In this document: piece after piece, positions 49,625-58,597 of the stretch | How positions within the stretch are numbered: the stretch's first letter is position 1 | How the letters are laid out: each line of letters begins with the position of its first letter | NCBI GenBank assembly: GCA_045047305.1 | Contig: JASFYO010000019.1 | Location: forward strand, 5,405 to 69,404 | From: Planctomycetota bacterium | Lineage (GTDB): Bacteria > Planctomycetota > UBA1135 | DNA length: 64,000 bases | Direction of reading: 5' to 3' | The notes under the pieces: generated by a model | The model's database searches: none | Seen by the model: the letters and a program-made list of their open reading frames with translations, nothing else | What the model was told of the DNA's origin: nothing | Made by a program: the position numbers and the translations under genes

Positions 49625-50239
49625 ATGGGCATCACTCCAAGTGGAGCCCCCAAAGCGATTAAGATGATTCCAGCCGAAGAAGCCTTGCAGAAATTGATCG
49701 ACGGCAACCGTCGGTTTGTTGCCGGAAAAACGTATTGCGAGCCCTGGGAAGTTCAGGCTCATCGCGCGGCCTTGGTCGAAGGGCAAAAGCCCTTTGCCGT
49801 TATTTTGGGTTGTTCAGATTCCCGCGCCCCAACCGAGGTTATCTTTGACCAAGGATTAGGTGCGCTTTTTGTCGTGCGCATTGCTGGAAATATCGCGGCG
49901 CCATCTCAAATAGGAAGCATTGAGTATGCCGTTGATTTTTTGGGTGCGCGGCTGGTGGTGGTCATGGGCCACACCTCTTGCGGTGCGGTCGCGGCCGCGA
50001 TTGCCCAAATGAAAGAGGGCCTGGAGATTGAATCTCCGAATCTGCGCAGCGTGGTGGATGAAATCCGGCCGGTTGTGGATGCAGATTCTCCAGCCGATGC
50101 AGTGCGCGCAAATGTGCGCCATAGCGTGAAGGTATTGAAAACCGAATCGACCATCCTTCATACAAGGATGAAAGATGGCCAGTTAAAAATCGTTGGCGCG
50201 GAATACTGCTTGGAAAGTGGCGCGGTGAGTTTTCTGTAG
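49625..50239 (+). CDS. Beta-class carbonic anhydrase
   Basis: GQKPFA, GCSDSR and GHTSCGAV zinc ligands. Start may be 49664. Confidence 0.93.
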   Translation: MGITPSGAPKAIKMIPAEEALQKLIDGNRRFVAGKTYCEPWEVQAHRAALVEGQKPFAVILGCSDSRAPTEVIFDQGLGALFVVRIAGNIAAPSQIGSIEYAVDFLGARLVVVMGHTSCGAVAAAIAQMKEGLEIESPNLRSVVDEIRPVVDADSPADAVRANVRHSVKVLKTESTILHTRMKDGQLKIVGAEYCLESGAVSFL

Positions 50240-50248
50240 GGGGGGGGC

Positions 50249-50872
50249 TTACTCTGCAGCCTTTAGCTGACGGATTTCGTCTGCAGCCGCAGAAAATCCA
50301 GCGGCTTGAGCTTTTTCGTACCACTCGAGGGCAAGAGCGGAGTTTTGTTCGACATCGATTCCGTAGCGGTAGGCAACGCCAATATCGAAGGGCGCCTGGG
50401 CATGGCCATCGGCGGCGGCTTTTGCCAGCAGGGCAAGGCCTGCTGGAACGTCGATTGCGAAGCCTCTACTGCCGTGAAACTTGCATTTACCAACAAAGTA
50501 AACGGCCTCGGTGTAGTTTGCATCCACCGCTTTTTGCATCCACTCTTTGCCAGAGTCATCTTTTTCCGACATGAGCCGCTGGCCTAATAAAAAGCTTGCT
50601 TGCGCATTACCGCTTTCGGCTACGTCCACGAGGTCCTGCGAATTGGGGGAATACAAGGCGGTCATGGCAGCATCGCTTTCATTCACAGTCTCCTTGGCCT
50701 TTCCAGCTTTTTCGCGCACAAGGTTTTCCAAATCCGCCATTGCGTCTTCATCGCCCAGGCTGGCAGCATGAACTAATTCCTGAGTGGTAGGCATTTCTTC
50801 CTTTTCGCCGCAAGCGGTAAGGGCAAGTGCTGCGGGGAATAATATTAGGAAGGGAATGCGCGGGAAAGACAT
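50249..50872 (-). CDS. Sel1-repeat lipoprotein
   Basis: Lipobox LALTAC and Sel1 repeats (AQAPFDIGVAYRYGIDVEQN..LALEWYEKA). Confidence 0.85.
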   Translation of the reverse strand: MSFPRIPFLILFPAALALTACGEKEEMPTTQELVHAASLGDEDAMADLENLVREKAGKAKETVNESDAAMTALYSPNSQDLVDVAESGNAQASFLLGQRLMSEKDDSGKEWMQKAVDANYTEAVYFVGKCKFHGSRGFAIDVPAGLALLAKAAADGHAQAPFDIGVAYRYGIDVEQNSALALEWYEKAQAAGFSAAADEIRQLKAAE

Positions 50873-50908
50873 GGAAGAAGGATAGGGGCGTGAACCTGTT
50901 GATAAAAG

Positions 50909-50944
50909 GAAAGAGCCCGCATGAACGAACATGCGGGCTCTTTC
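50909..50944 (-). terminator. Terminator after groEL
   Basis: GAAAGAGCCCGCATG-aacgaa-CATGCGGGCTCTTTC perfect inverted repeat. Confidence 0.8.
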
Positions 50945-50964
50945 GAGTGAAGATGGTGCAGGCT

Positions 50965-52617
50965 CTAGAAGCCGCCCATGCCACCCATTCCGCCCATACC
51001 ACCCATTGGGTCGCCGCCACCGGCAGGCATAGCAGGAGCAGCTTCTTTCACTTCGGAGACGATGGCCTCGGTGGTGAGTAGCAAGGTGCTGACGGAAGAA
51101 GCATTCTGCAAAGTAGTGCGCACGACCTTCGTTGGGTCAATGATGCCCATCTTGATCATGTCGACGTACTCGCCAGTCGCTGCGTTGTAACCCTGTGCAA
51201 AGCCCTTTGCGTTACGCACTTTGTCGACCACGATGCTGGCATCGACGCCAGCGTTAGAGGCGATTTGGCGAATAGGAGCTTCCAGTGCACGGCTGATGAT
51301 TTCCGCACCAGATTTTTGGTCTCCGGACAAGTCCAGCTTGGCAATGATGGCTTGCGCACGAAGCAGGGAAGTTCCACCGCCTGGCAGCACGCCTTCTTCA
51401 GCGGCTGCGCGGACGGAAGCGAGTGCGTCATCAACGCGGTCCTTCTTCTCCTTCATTTCCGCTTCGGTTGCAGCGCCAACGTTGAGTACAGCAACGCCAC
51501 CGGCCAACTTGGCCAAGCGTTCCATGAGCTTCTCCTTATCGTAATCGCTGGAAGTGCGATCAATTTCTGCACGGATGAAATCCATGCGCTCTTTGATTGC
51601 AGACTTCTTGCCAGCACCTTCGACGATGGTGGTTGCGTCTTTCGTGATGACCACGCGCTTGGCTTGGCCAAGTTGCTCGATGGTTGCGGTGTCCAATTTC
51701 AGACCAAGGTCTTCCATCAGTGCAACGCCGCCAGTCAACACAGCGATGTCTTCCATCATGGCCTTGCGGCGATCGCCGAAGCCAGGTGCTTTTACGGCAG
51801 CACACTTAAAGATGCCACGTAGTTTGTTGACCACCAAAGTTGCGAGCGCTTCGCCCTCGACATCTTCTGCAAGAATCAACAAAGGCTTGCCGGACTTAGC
51901 TACGGCCTCCAGTACAGGAAGCATGTCGCGTACGCTGGAAATCTTCTTCTCGAAGATGAGGATATAAGGGTCCTCCAGCTCGACTTCCATCTTCTCCATG
52001 TTGGTGGAGAAGTGCGGGGACAGGTAGCCCTTATCGAACTGCATGCCTTCAACCCACTCAATCTCGGTTTCGAGTGAGCGACCTTCTTCGACGGTGATGA
52101 CGCCATCTTTGCCAACCTTCTCAAAAGCTTCGGCGAGCTTAGCGCCAATCTCTTTGTCGTTGTTGGAAGCGATGGTCGCAACCTGCATGATTTCCTCAGT
52201 GGTCTTGACCTTGGTTGACTTCTTCTTCAAGAAATCCACGACGGCTTCCACTGCAGCTTCCATGCCGCGCTTTAGCTCAATTGGGTTCGCGCCTGCAGCA
52301 ACGTTGCGTAGGCCTTCTTCGTAGATGGCTTCGGCGAGCACGGTTGCAGAAGTGGTGCCGTCACCAGCGATGTCGCTGGTCTTGGCGGAAACCTGACGCA
52401 CCAGTTGTGCACCAATGTTTTCATATGCGTCTTCGAGTTCAATCTCGCGTGCAACCGTGACACCATCCTTGGTGACAATCGGTGTGCCGAAAGATTTCTC
52501 AATGATCACGTTGCGGCCGCGTGGGCCGAGAGTGACTTTGACTGCTGCAGCGAGCTTCTGCACGCCAGCGCGGATGCCCTCGCGAGCTTCCTGATCGAAT
52601 GCGATTTTCTTAGCCAT
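50965..52617 (-). CDS. groEL: Chaperonin GroEL
   Basis: [27 protein letters not shown] and a GGM tail. Confidence 0.98.
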   Translation of the reverse strand: MAKKIAFDQEAREGIRAGVQKLAAAVKVTLGPRGRNVIIEKSFGTPIVTKDGVTVAREIELEDAYENIGAQLVRQVSAKTSDIAGDGTTSATVLAEAIYEEGLRNVAAGANPIELKRGMEAAVEAVVDFLKKKSTKVKTTEEIMQVATIASNNDKEIGAKLAEAFEKVGKDGVITVEEGRSLETEIEWVEGMQFDKGYLSPHFSTNMEKMEVELEDPYILIFEKKISSVRDMLPVLEAVAKSGKPLLILAEDVEGEALATLVVNKLRGIFKCAAVKAPGFGDRRKAMMEDIAVLTGGVALMEDLGLKLDTATIEQLGQAKRVVITKDATTIVEGAGKKSAIKERMDFIRAEIDRTSSDYDKEKLMERLAKLAGGVAVLNVGAATEAEMKEKKDRVDDALASVRAAAEEGVLPGGGTSLLRAQAIIAKLDLSGDQKSGAEIISRALEAPIRQIASNAGVDASIVVDKVRNAKGFAQGYNAATGEYVDMIKMGIIDPTKVVRTTLQNASSVSTLLLTTEAIVSEVKEAAPAMPAGGGDPMGGMGGMGGMGGF

Positions 52618-52627
52618 GATTTAAGCC

Positions 52628-52936
52628 CTAACCAATGATGCCGAGGATGTCGTTTTCCGACATGATGAGGTATTCCACACCTTCCCACTCGACTTCGGTG
52701 CCGGCATAGGAGGTGAATAGCACCCGGCTGCCGTTTTTCACGGCAAAGTCGGTGCGGGTGCCGTCGTCCAGCAAGCGACCTTCACCTAAAGCGATGACGG
52801 TGCCTTCAGCTGGCTTCTCCTTTGCGGAGTCAGGTAGCACAATGCCACCGGCGGAGATGTCAGCAGCGGCGAGGCGCTGGACGAGAACTTTGTCGCCCAA
52901 AGGGCGGATTGCGACTTTCTTGGCGGTCTTGGCCAT
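52628..52936 (-). CDS. groES: Co-chaperonin GroES
   Basis: IRPLGDKVLV, AGGIVLPDSAKEKP and YAGTEV. Confidence 0.97.
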   Translation of the reverse strand: MAKTAKKVAIRPLGDKVLVQRLAAADISAGGIVLPDSAKEKPAEGTVIALGEGRLLDDGTRTDFAVKNGSRVLFTSYAGTEVEWEGVEYLIMSENDILGIIG

Positions 52937-52965
52937 GGTTGATTCAGGTTTCTCGTAGCGCCGGA

Positions 52966-53397
52966 TTACCAAGGCTCACCGCTGTTTGGCGGTTGACTCT
53001 CGGGCTCGTCCTGGGCAGGACGGTGATGCACTGGCGACTGGGAAAAGATGCGTTGGACGGTGATGCGCAGCAACTCCGCCGGGATGGGTTTCTTTAGCAT
53101 GGTGATGACGCCCAACTCCATCGCAGCGAGTTCAATCTCACGTGAGGGGTTGCCGGTCATCAAAATGCTGGGAACAAGCTGCCCAGCTTGTCGAACCTGC
53201 CCAATGACCTCCAAGCCGGTGAGGCCTGGCATGTGCATATCGAGCAGGGAGAGGTCATAACGAGTCTTCAGCAGTTGGCGCAGAGCATCTGCACCGGTGG
53301 AAGCCATCTCAATGCGAACGTCCAGGCCCTGCAATAGGGCCACGACAGCGCGAAGCTGGTCGTCTTGGTCGTCGGCTACGAGAATTCTGTAAGTCAT
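52966..53397 (-). CDS. Single-domain response regulator (REC)
   Basis: ILVADD, LLDMHMPG (phospho-acceptor Asp), LMTG and KKP. Confidence 0.9.
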   Translation of the reverse strand: MTYRILVADDQDDQLRAVVALLQGLDVRIEMASTGADALRQLLKTRYDLSLLDMHMPGLTGLEVIGQVRQAGQLVPSILMTGNPSREIELAAMELGVITMLKKPIPAELLRITVQRIFSQSPVHHRPAQDEPESQPPNSGEPW

Positions 53398-53418
53398 GAG
53401 GTTCCCTCGCCTATGAAG

Positions 53419-53434
53419 AGCAATCCTCGTGCCA
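53419..53434 (-). promoter_or_regulatory. Sigma54 -24/-12 promoter of REC-groES-groEL
   Basis: Minus strand TGGCACGAGGATTGCT matches TGGCAC-N5-TTGC, 21 nt before the REC ATG. Confidence 0.85.
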
Positions 53435-53477
53435 TCCGCGGCCTGCCGTATCGGCAGTCCCTCTCGGCCGCCCCGCG

Positions 53478-53780
53478 CTAGCTGCCGGAAATGCCGAGGT
53501 CTTCCTCTTCGTCCTCGCCCTCATCGCCGAAATCCATACCGCCTTCGACCCACTCGTTTTCCTCGAGCCATTCACTTTTGTCGAGCGCTTGAGTACGACC
53601 TTCCTCAAGGATGGCTTCATCCTCCCAGTGGTCGACGGCGTGCTTCAGAACTTCTTGATCGAGATTGCCAGCGCAGAGCAAACATTTGGCTCCACCTTCC
53701 AAGGCCTCAACGGCGTCACTGTAAGTAATGACTTCGTAGGAACAAAGCGGGCAACGGACGACGTTTTTGGCAGTACTCAT
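53478..53780 (-). CDS. Small CxxC...CxxC zinc-binding protein with acidic tail
   Basis: CPLC and CLLC, with C-terminal DEGEDEEED. Confidence 0.65.
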   Translation of the reverse strand: MSTAKNVVRCPLCSYEVITYSDAVEALEGGAKCLLCAGNLDQEVLKHAVDHWEDEAILEEGRTQALDKSEWLEENEWVEGGMDFGDEGEDEEEDLGISGS

Positions 53781-53789
53781 GAAGCATTC

Positions 53790-54389
53790 CTATCTAGGCG
53801 CCGACTCTCGTCCAGTCTCGCGCCAGCGCAAATAATGTAACAGCGGCAGCTGCAATAATGCGTGGGGGACTTCTCCATCTTCGAGCAGCGCAGCTAAATC
53901 GTGGAAGGCAATGAGCTCGACATCGATGACTTCATCCTGGTCCAAATCTCGTGCGACGTCGAGCTTGGCATTGCGGATGAGATAGGAAAAGCAATGGTTG
54001 TTGTGGGTGGCAGGATTCGGCTCTACCGTGCAAATCAATTGCGGAGCGTCGCCGCGATAACCGGTTTCTTCGGCAAGCTCTCGCACTACCGCAGCCACGG
54101 GTTTTTCATCCGGCTCGATGATGCCGCCAGGAATTTCTAAGCGCACTGCGCCAACGCCCGGCCGATGTTGTCGGATGAAAACGATTTGATCGTCTTCGGT
54201 GACTGCAATCACATTGACCCAATCCGAAGCTTCAATCACAAAGAAGGAACGCTCTCCATCCTTATCCGGGTGGGTGTAAAAATCTTCGCGTACGGAAAAA
54301 AGGCGATAGTTCCCGCGCGCTTTCGATTGATGCTTGTGCCAGCGTTTAACCATGACCGGGAGGGATTCTTCCGCAATGGCCGCCACCAA
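53790..54389 (-). CDS. NUDIX hydrolase (ADP-ribose pyrophosphatase-like)
   Basis: Nudix box GGIIEPDEKPVAAVVRELAEETGY. Confidence 0.9.
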   Translation of the reverse strand: MVAAIAEESLPVMVKRWHKHQSKARGNYRLFSVREDFYTHPDKDGERSFFVIEASDWVNVIAVTEDDQIVFIRQHRPGVGAVRLEIPGGIIEPDEKPVAAVVRELAEETGYRGDAPQLICTVEPNPATHNNHCFSYLIRNAKLDVARDLDQDEVIDVELIAFHDLAALLEDGEVPHALLQLPLLHYLRWRETGRESAPR

Positions 54390-54993
54390 CGGCTTCCTTT
54401 GCCACTTCTAAGATTGCGGGAACTGCTCCCGATGCAAACAAAGAGTAAAGCGCACCTGCAAGATAATCAGCGGCCATGCGCTCAGGTTCCTCTTCCTCGA
54501 AGAAACGAGTGGCGGCAGCCGATGCACCGAATAGCAATACGGAAGTGGGTTCATCTTCTTGCCAAAAACGATCCCATTCACAGAAGCGTGAGTCAGCGCG
54601 TCGGGCGGCAAGGCGGTGCCAGTTACCGGCGCGTAAATGGTTGGCAAGATCTACCGAGTTCGCTTCGACCCGCACTTCCCAAATTGGGTCGTGTCCGAGT
54701 TCGCCCCAACTCATGCCGAGGAAGATTTGCATAAGGCCTTGGCGGTCGGACCAGCGGAATCCAAAGTCAAGCATGCCCTCTCCAGGAGTGTTGGAGATTA
54801 AGCTCAGGGGGGCGTCGTCGGGGAGGCGGTAAACCGCAAAGGCGCGGTCCAATACGCGTCGGACACGGCGCAAAAAATCAGGAACGCGCATGATCGCCGC
54901 AAGATCTTCGAGCACGATGGCGTCTGCACCCAGCGGATTTGCTGAAGTGGAACGCTGTGGCGCGGAAGCTTTCTGTGGGGACGGTTCAATCAT
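54346..54993 (-). CDS. Hypothetical protein
   Basis: 215-aa ORF in the same-strand run, with upstream TACACT. No family recognised. Confidence 0.55.
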   Translation of the reverse strand: MIEPSPQKASAPQRSTSANPLGADAIVLEDLAAIMRVPDFLRRVRRVLDRAFAVYRLPDDAPLSLISNTPGEGMLDFGFRWSDRQGLMQIFLGMSWGELGHDPIWEVRVEANSVDLANHLRAGNWHRLAARRADSRFCEWDRFWQEDEPTSVLLFGASAAATRFFEEEEPERMAADYLAGALYSLFASGAVPAILEVAKEAVGGGHCGRIPPGHG

Positions 54994-55024
54994 GTCCCGG
55001 CCAGTGTAGGCGATAATTGCGAAC

Positions 55025-55372
55025 CTAGTTGTTCATCAAGTGCAGCGCGAAACTGGTTTCCTCTAAACCAGCTTCGAGGCTTCCAAGCATGACTTGCACC
55101 GCTTCCTGTCCGCGACCAAGTTCATGCAGGGCAAGAACGAGTTCGGCCACGGTGACCGGATCGGATGGTTCATGCTGCCAAGAACGCTTGAGGTAAGCTA
55201 TGGAACCCTCTAAATCGCCTACAGAACGCAAGACTTTGCCCAATTCACGTGATACTTCTGGGGCTTCCGGGTCTGCGCGGAAGGCCTCTAGGAGGAAATC
55301 GGCAGCAGCGACAAAGCGCCCTTCTTCGTGACATTGATGGGCGTGCCGGAGCAATTCTGTGGAGGTGGGCAT
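55025..55372 (-). CDS. Small TPR protein
   Basis: TPR-like helices (AFRADPEAPEVSRELGKVLRSVGDLEGSIAYLKRS). Confidence 0.7.
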   Translation of the reverse strand: MPTSTELLRHAHQCHEEGRFVAAADFLLEAFRADPEAPEVSRELGKVLRSVGDLEGSIAYLKRSWQHEPSDPVTVAELVLALHELGRGQEAVQVMLGSLEAGLEETSFALHLMNN

Positions 55373-55452
55373 TGGACTGTGAAGGCGTCTTGGATGACGG
55401 AACAGGCCTTTATCGACTGCATGGGAGTGCCCTCTTTAGCAGGAAAAAAGCA

Positions 55453-57561
55453 TTATTCCGTCGGTTTTTCTGCCGGAAGCCACCGTTTTACCGCTGCGGT
55501 GAGTTTTTCCACCGTAATTGGCTTGGCAAGATAGTCATCCATGCCGGCGGCGAAGCACTTGTCAGAATCTCCTTCCATGGCATTTGCGGTCATCGCCATG
55601 ATGGGGACATGTCTTTCACCATCACTCTCTGCTTTACGGATGGTTGCGGTTGCCTCGTAGCCGTCCATGACGGGCATTTGGCAGTCCATGAGCACCAAGT
55701 CATAGTGACCACGGGCGACGGCCTTCACCGCTTCTGCACCGTTTGAGGCGATGTCAATCTCGCAGCCGAAACGTTGTAGCATTTTGACGGCAACCTTTTG
55801 GTTGACCAGATTATCTTCTGCAAGCAAAATGCGGGAACGCGAGAAGTTGAGTTTCTCTGCCAGAGAATGCTGAGTGACAAGCTCATTCAGCTCTCCGTAA
55901 TTGGAGAGTCCCATTACCGTACCAATGCATTGTTCCAGCAAGGTGGCGCGCAGTGGCTTGGCAAGGTAGCCGGAAACTTTAATGTTTCTAGCCTCGGAAG
56001 CTTCTGCTCGATCGCCGAGTGAAGTTAGCAAAATGGTTGGTAAGTCGGAGATGCGATCATCTTCGCGGATTTTACGTGCAAGCTCCAAACCGTTCATTGA
56101 GTTTGGCATATAGGCATCAAGCAGAGCAAGTTGAAATGGATCGTCGCCAGCCTTGGCGGCGAGCATGGCATCAAATGCGGTTTGTGCGTCTTCGAACAAT
56201 ACGGGCTGAAGCCCCCAGTTCTGAAGCAAGGATTTGAGTAGCGTTCGGTTGGTGAGGTTGTCATCTACACAAGCAACGCGCATGCCTTTGAGTTCGACAA
56301 GTGGAATTTCTTTCATCGGTTCAGAAACATTGCCAACTCCAAGTCGTACCGTGAACCAAAAAGTACTTCCTTTACCTTTCTCAGAATTCACGCCGATTTC
56401 TCCACCCATCATTTCGGTGAGTTGCTTGGAAATGGCCAAGCCTAATCCAGTGCCACCAAATTCACGGGTGGTGGATTCATTGGCTTGCGTAAATGCTTGA
56501 AATAGACGCGATGCTTCTTCTGGAGTTAAGCCTACACCAGTATCGGTAATCTCAAAACGCAGCACGGTTTCGTCATCCGTGCGCGCCAAAGATTTAATCT
56601 GCACCACAACTTCACCTTCCCGCGTAAACTTAATTGCATTGCCCACTAAGTTGGTAAGGATTTGACGCAATCTTCCCGGGTCACCTGCGACCTCATTGGT
56701 GACGTCGTGATCCATGAGCAAGGTAAGTTCCAGATTGCCCAGGTGCGCTTTTTCCGCAAGGATGGCCAAAACGGATTCTGCCATGGAACGCAAATCGAAA
56801 TCAATCGTTTCCAAATGCAGTTTCCCACTCTCGATTTTTGAGAAGTCGAGGATATCGTTAATGACAACTAACAAGGCTTCTGCAGAGTCTTGAATCGTAT
56901 CTAAGAAACTGTGCTGTTCTCGATCGAGACTTGTTTCGTTGAGTAATCCTGCCATACCGATAACGCCATTCATTGGAGTTCGAATCTCATGACTCATGGC
57001 GGCGAGGAAAGCGCTTTTGGCGGCAGTGGCCTTGACCAGTGCCTCATTCGCAAAATGAAGCTCATCGTTCTTTAAAGCGATTTGACCTTGGCTTTCGCGC
57101 AAGGCGTCATACGCCGCATCTCGCTGTAGGCGCATGCGGTAGGCACTAGCATGGTGGCGAATTCGCGCGACGAGCTCGTGAGCATCAGGCAGCTTTACTA
57201 AGTAGTCGTCTGCTCCGGCAGTAAAGGCATCGGCCTTGTCTGCGCCATCGTCTTTGGAAGACAATACGATGATCGGAATGTTTTCAGTCGCAGAGTTTCC
57301 AGAGAAGAAACGAATCATGGCCATTCCATCTACGTCCGGCATGACGAGGTCTTGCAGGATGACGGTGGGCTGGATTTTTTCCACTTCACGCATCGCTTCG
57401 ACTGGGTCGGAGCAGTGATGAAGAATAATGTCGGATTCCTGTGCCAGCATGCTGCGGATTGCCGCGCCGACTAAAATCTGGTCGTCGATGAGCAAAACAA
57501 GAATCTCTTGATTCTCTCGCTGCTTGACCTGAGGAAAGACCTTTGTTTTAGGTTTGTCCAT
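55453..57561 (-). CDS. Hybrid histidine kinase REC-HisKA-HATPase-REC-REC with WspR-like N-terminal receiver
   Basis: [11 protein letters not shown]...[15 protein letters not shown] (WspR-like), [27 protein letters not shown] and two further REC domains. Confidence 0.93.
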   Translation of the reverse strand: MDKPKTKVFPQVKQRENQEILVLLIDDQILVGAAIRSMLAQESDIILHHCSDPVEAMREVEKIQPTVILQDLVMPDVDGMAMIRFFSGNSATENIPIIVLSSKDDGADKADAFTAGADDYLVKLPDAHELVARIRHHASAYRMRLQRDAAYDALRESQGQIALKNDELHFANEALVKATAAKSAFLAAMSHEIRTPMNGVIGMAGLLNETSLDREQHSFLDTIQDSAEALLVVINDILDFSKIESGKLHLETIDFDLRSMAESVLAILAEKAHLGNLELTLLMDHDVTNEVAGDPGRLRQILTNLVGNAIKFTREGEVVVQIKSLARTDDETVLRFEITDTGVGLTPEEASRLFQAFTQANESTTREFGGTGLGLAISKQLTEMMGGEIGVNSEKGKGSTFWFTVRLGVGNVSEPMKEIPLVELKGMRVACVDDNLTNRTLLKSLLQNWGLQPVLFEDAQTAFDAMLAAKAGDDPFQLALLDAYMPNSMNGLELARKIREDDRISDLPTILLTSLGDRAEASEARNIKVSGYLAKPLRATLLEQCIGTVMGLSNYGELNELVTQHSLAEKLNFSRSRILLAEDNLVNQKVAVKMLQRFGCEIDIASNGAEAVKAVARGHYDLVLMDCQMPVMDGYEATATIRKAESDGERHVPIMAMTANAMEGDSDKCFAAGMDDYLAKPITVEKLTAAVKRWLPAEKPTE

Positions 57562-58593
57562 TTAATTTGACTCCATTGATGCATGTGATTTCTTAGCTTT
57601 TGTGGAAAAAGCTGAGCAAATTTCTTCACGGGATAACACTTGAGCGGCAGCTTGAATAGCGACGGCCGCCTTCGGCATACCGTAAACAGCTGAAGACGCT
57701 TGGTCTTGAGCGATGGTGTTGTGTCCGGCTTCTCTTAGCGCAAGCAGTCCTTTCGCTCCGTCCCTTCCCATGCCGGTAAGCAAGACTCCTGTCGCCGCGC
57801 CCGTCCAGTGTCGTGCAACGCTATTGAAAAACTCATCTACCGACGGCCGATAGGGGAGGTTGACGGGTTCAGCGCAGTACTGAAAACTTCCATGGCGGGA
57901 AATCACAAGGTGGTCGGAGGTCATGGCAAGGTAAACCACGCCGTGCTTGGGGCGCTCTCCAGCAACGGCAGCACGCACTGGAAGTGGTGAGTCTTGCCCG
58001 AGCCATTCGACGAGACCCGGTAGGAAGAGTGAATCTAAGTGTTGGGTAATCACTACAGCAAAGTCGGGATCAGGATCGATGGATTTCAAGATGCTTTGTA
58101 GTACGCCAGGCCCCCCGGTTGAGGCCCCTATGCAGACTAAGCTTTGCGCAAAGTTACTTCTTTTGAGATTCCGACTTGAATCATCTGGAATCATGCTGCC
58201 GTGAAGCATTTGCTCGATGGAATCAATTTTATTAAGCAAAATGGAGCCCAACCTGCATGATCCCAGTGCACTTTGACTTGGTGTTTGCACGGCATCAATC
58301 GCGCCAGCCGCAAGTGCTTCGTAAACTAATTTAGCGTTTCCTACTAGAGTACTAGTTACCAATAAAATAGGAAGCGAAGAGTTTTGCATGATTTCCTTGG
58401 TGGTCTCCACCCCGTTTTTCCCGGGCATCACTAAGTCCATCAAGATCAAATCGGCGGTAGGGCGAGTGGCCATTACACACGCTTGCTCGCCATCTTCCGC
58501 GACCCAAGCGATGCTGTGTCGGTTGGAATTCTGGATGATGCGGCGCAACGCTTCGCGCGCAATAGGGGAGTCATTTACGATGGCGATTCTCAT
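57562..58593 (-). CDS. cheB: Chemotaxis methylesterase CheB (WspF-like)
   Basis: REC domain plus GASTGG, QH and LTGMGRDGA catalytic motifs. Confidence 0.93.
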   Translation of the reverse strand: MRIAIVNDSPIAREALRRIIQNSNRHSIAWVAEDGEQACVMATRPTADLILMDLVMPGKNGVETTKEIMQNSSLPILLVTSTLVGNAKLVYEALAAGAIDAVQTPSQSALGSCRLGSILLNKIDSIEQMLHGSMIPDDSSRNLKRSNFAQSLVCIGASTGGPGVLQSILKSIDPDPDFAVVITQHLDSLFLPGLVEWLGQDSPLPVRAAVAGERPKHGVVYLAMTSDHLVISRHGSFQYCAEPVNLPYRPSVDEFFNSVARHWTGAATGVLLTGMGRDGAKGLLALREAGHNTIAQDQASSAVYGMPKAAVAIQAAAQVLSREEICSAFSTKAKKSHASMESN

Positions 58594-58597
58594 GTAC

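Noticed and set aside
50978-52638. Several plus-strand ORFs over groEL
   Set aside because: Antisense shadows of a strongly codon-biased gene.
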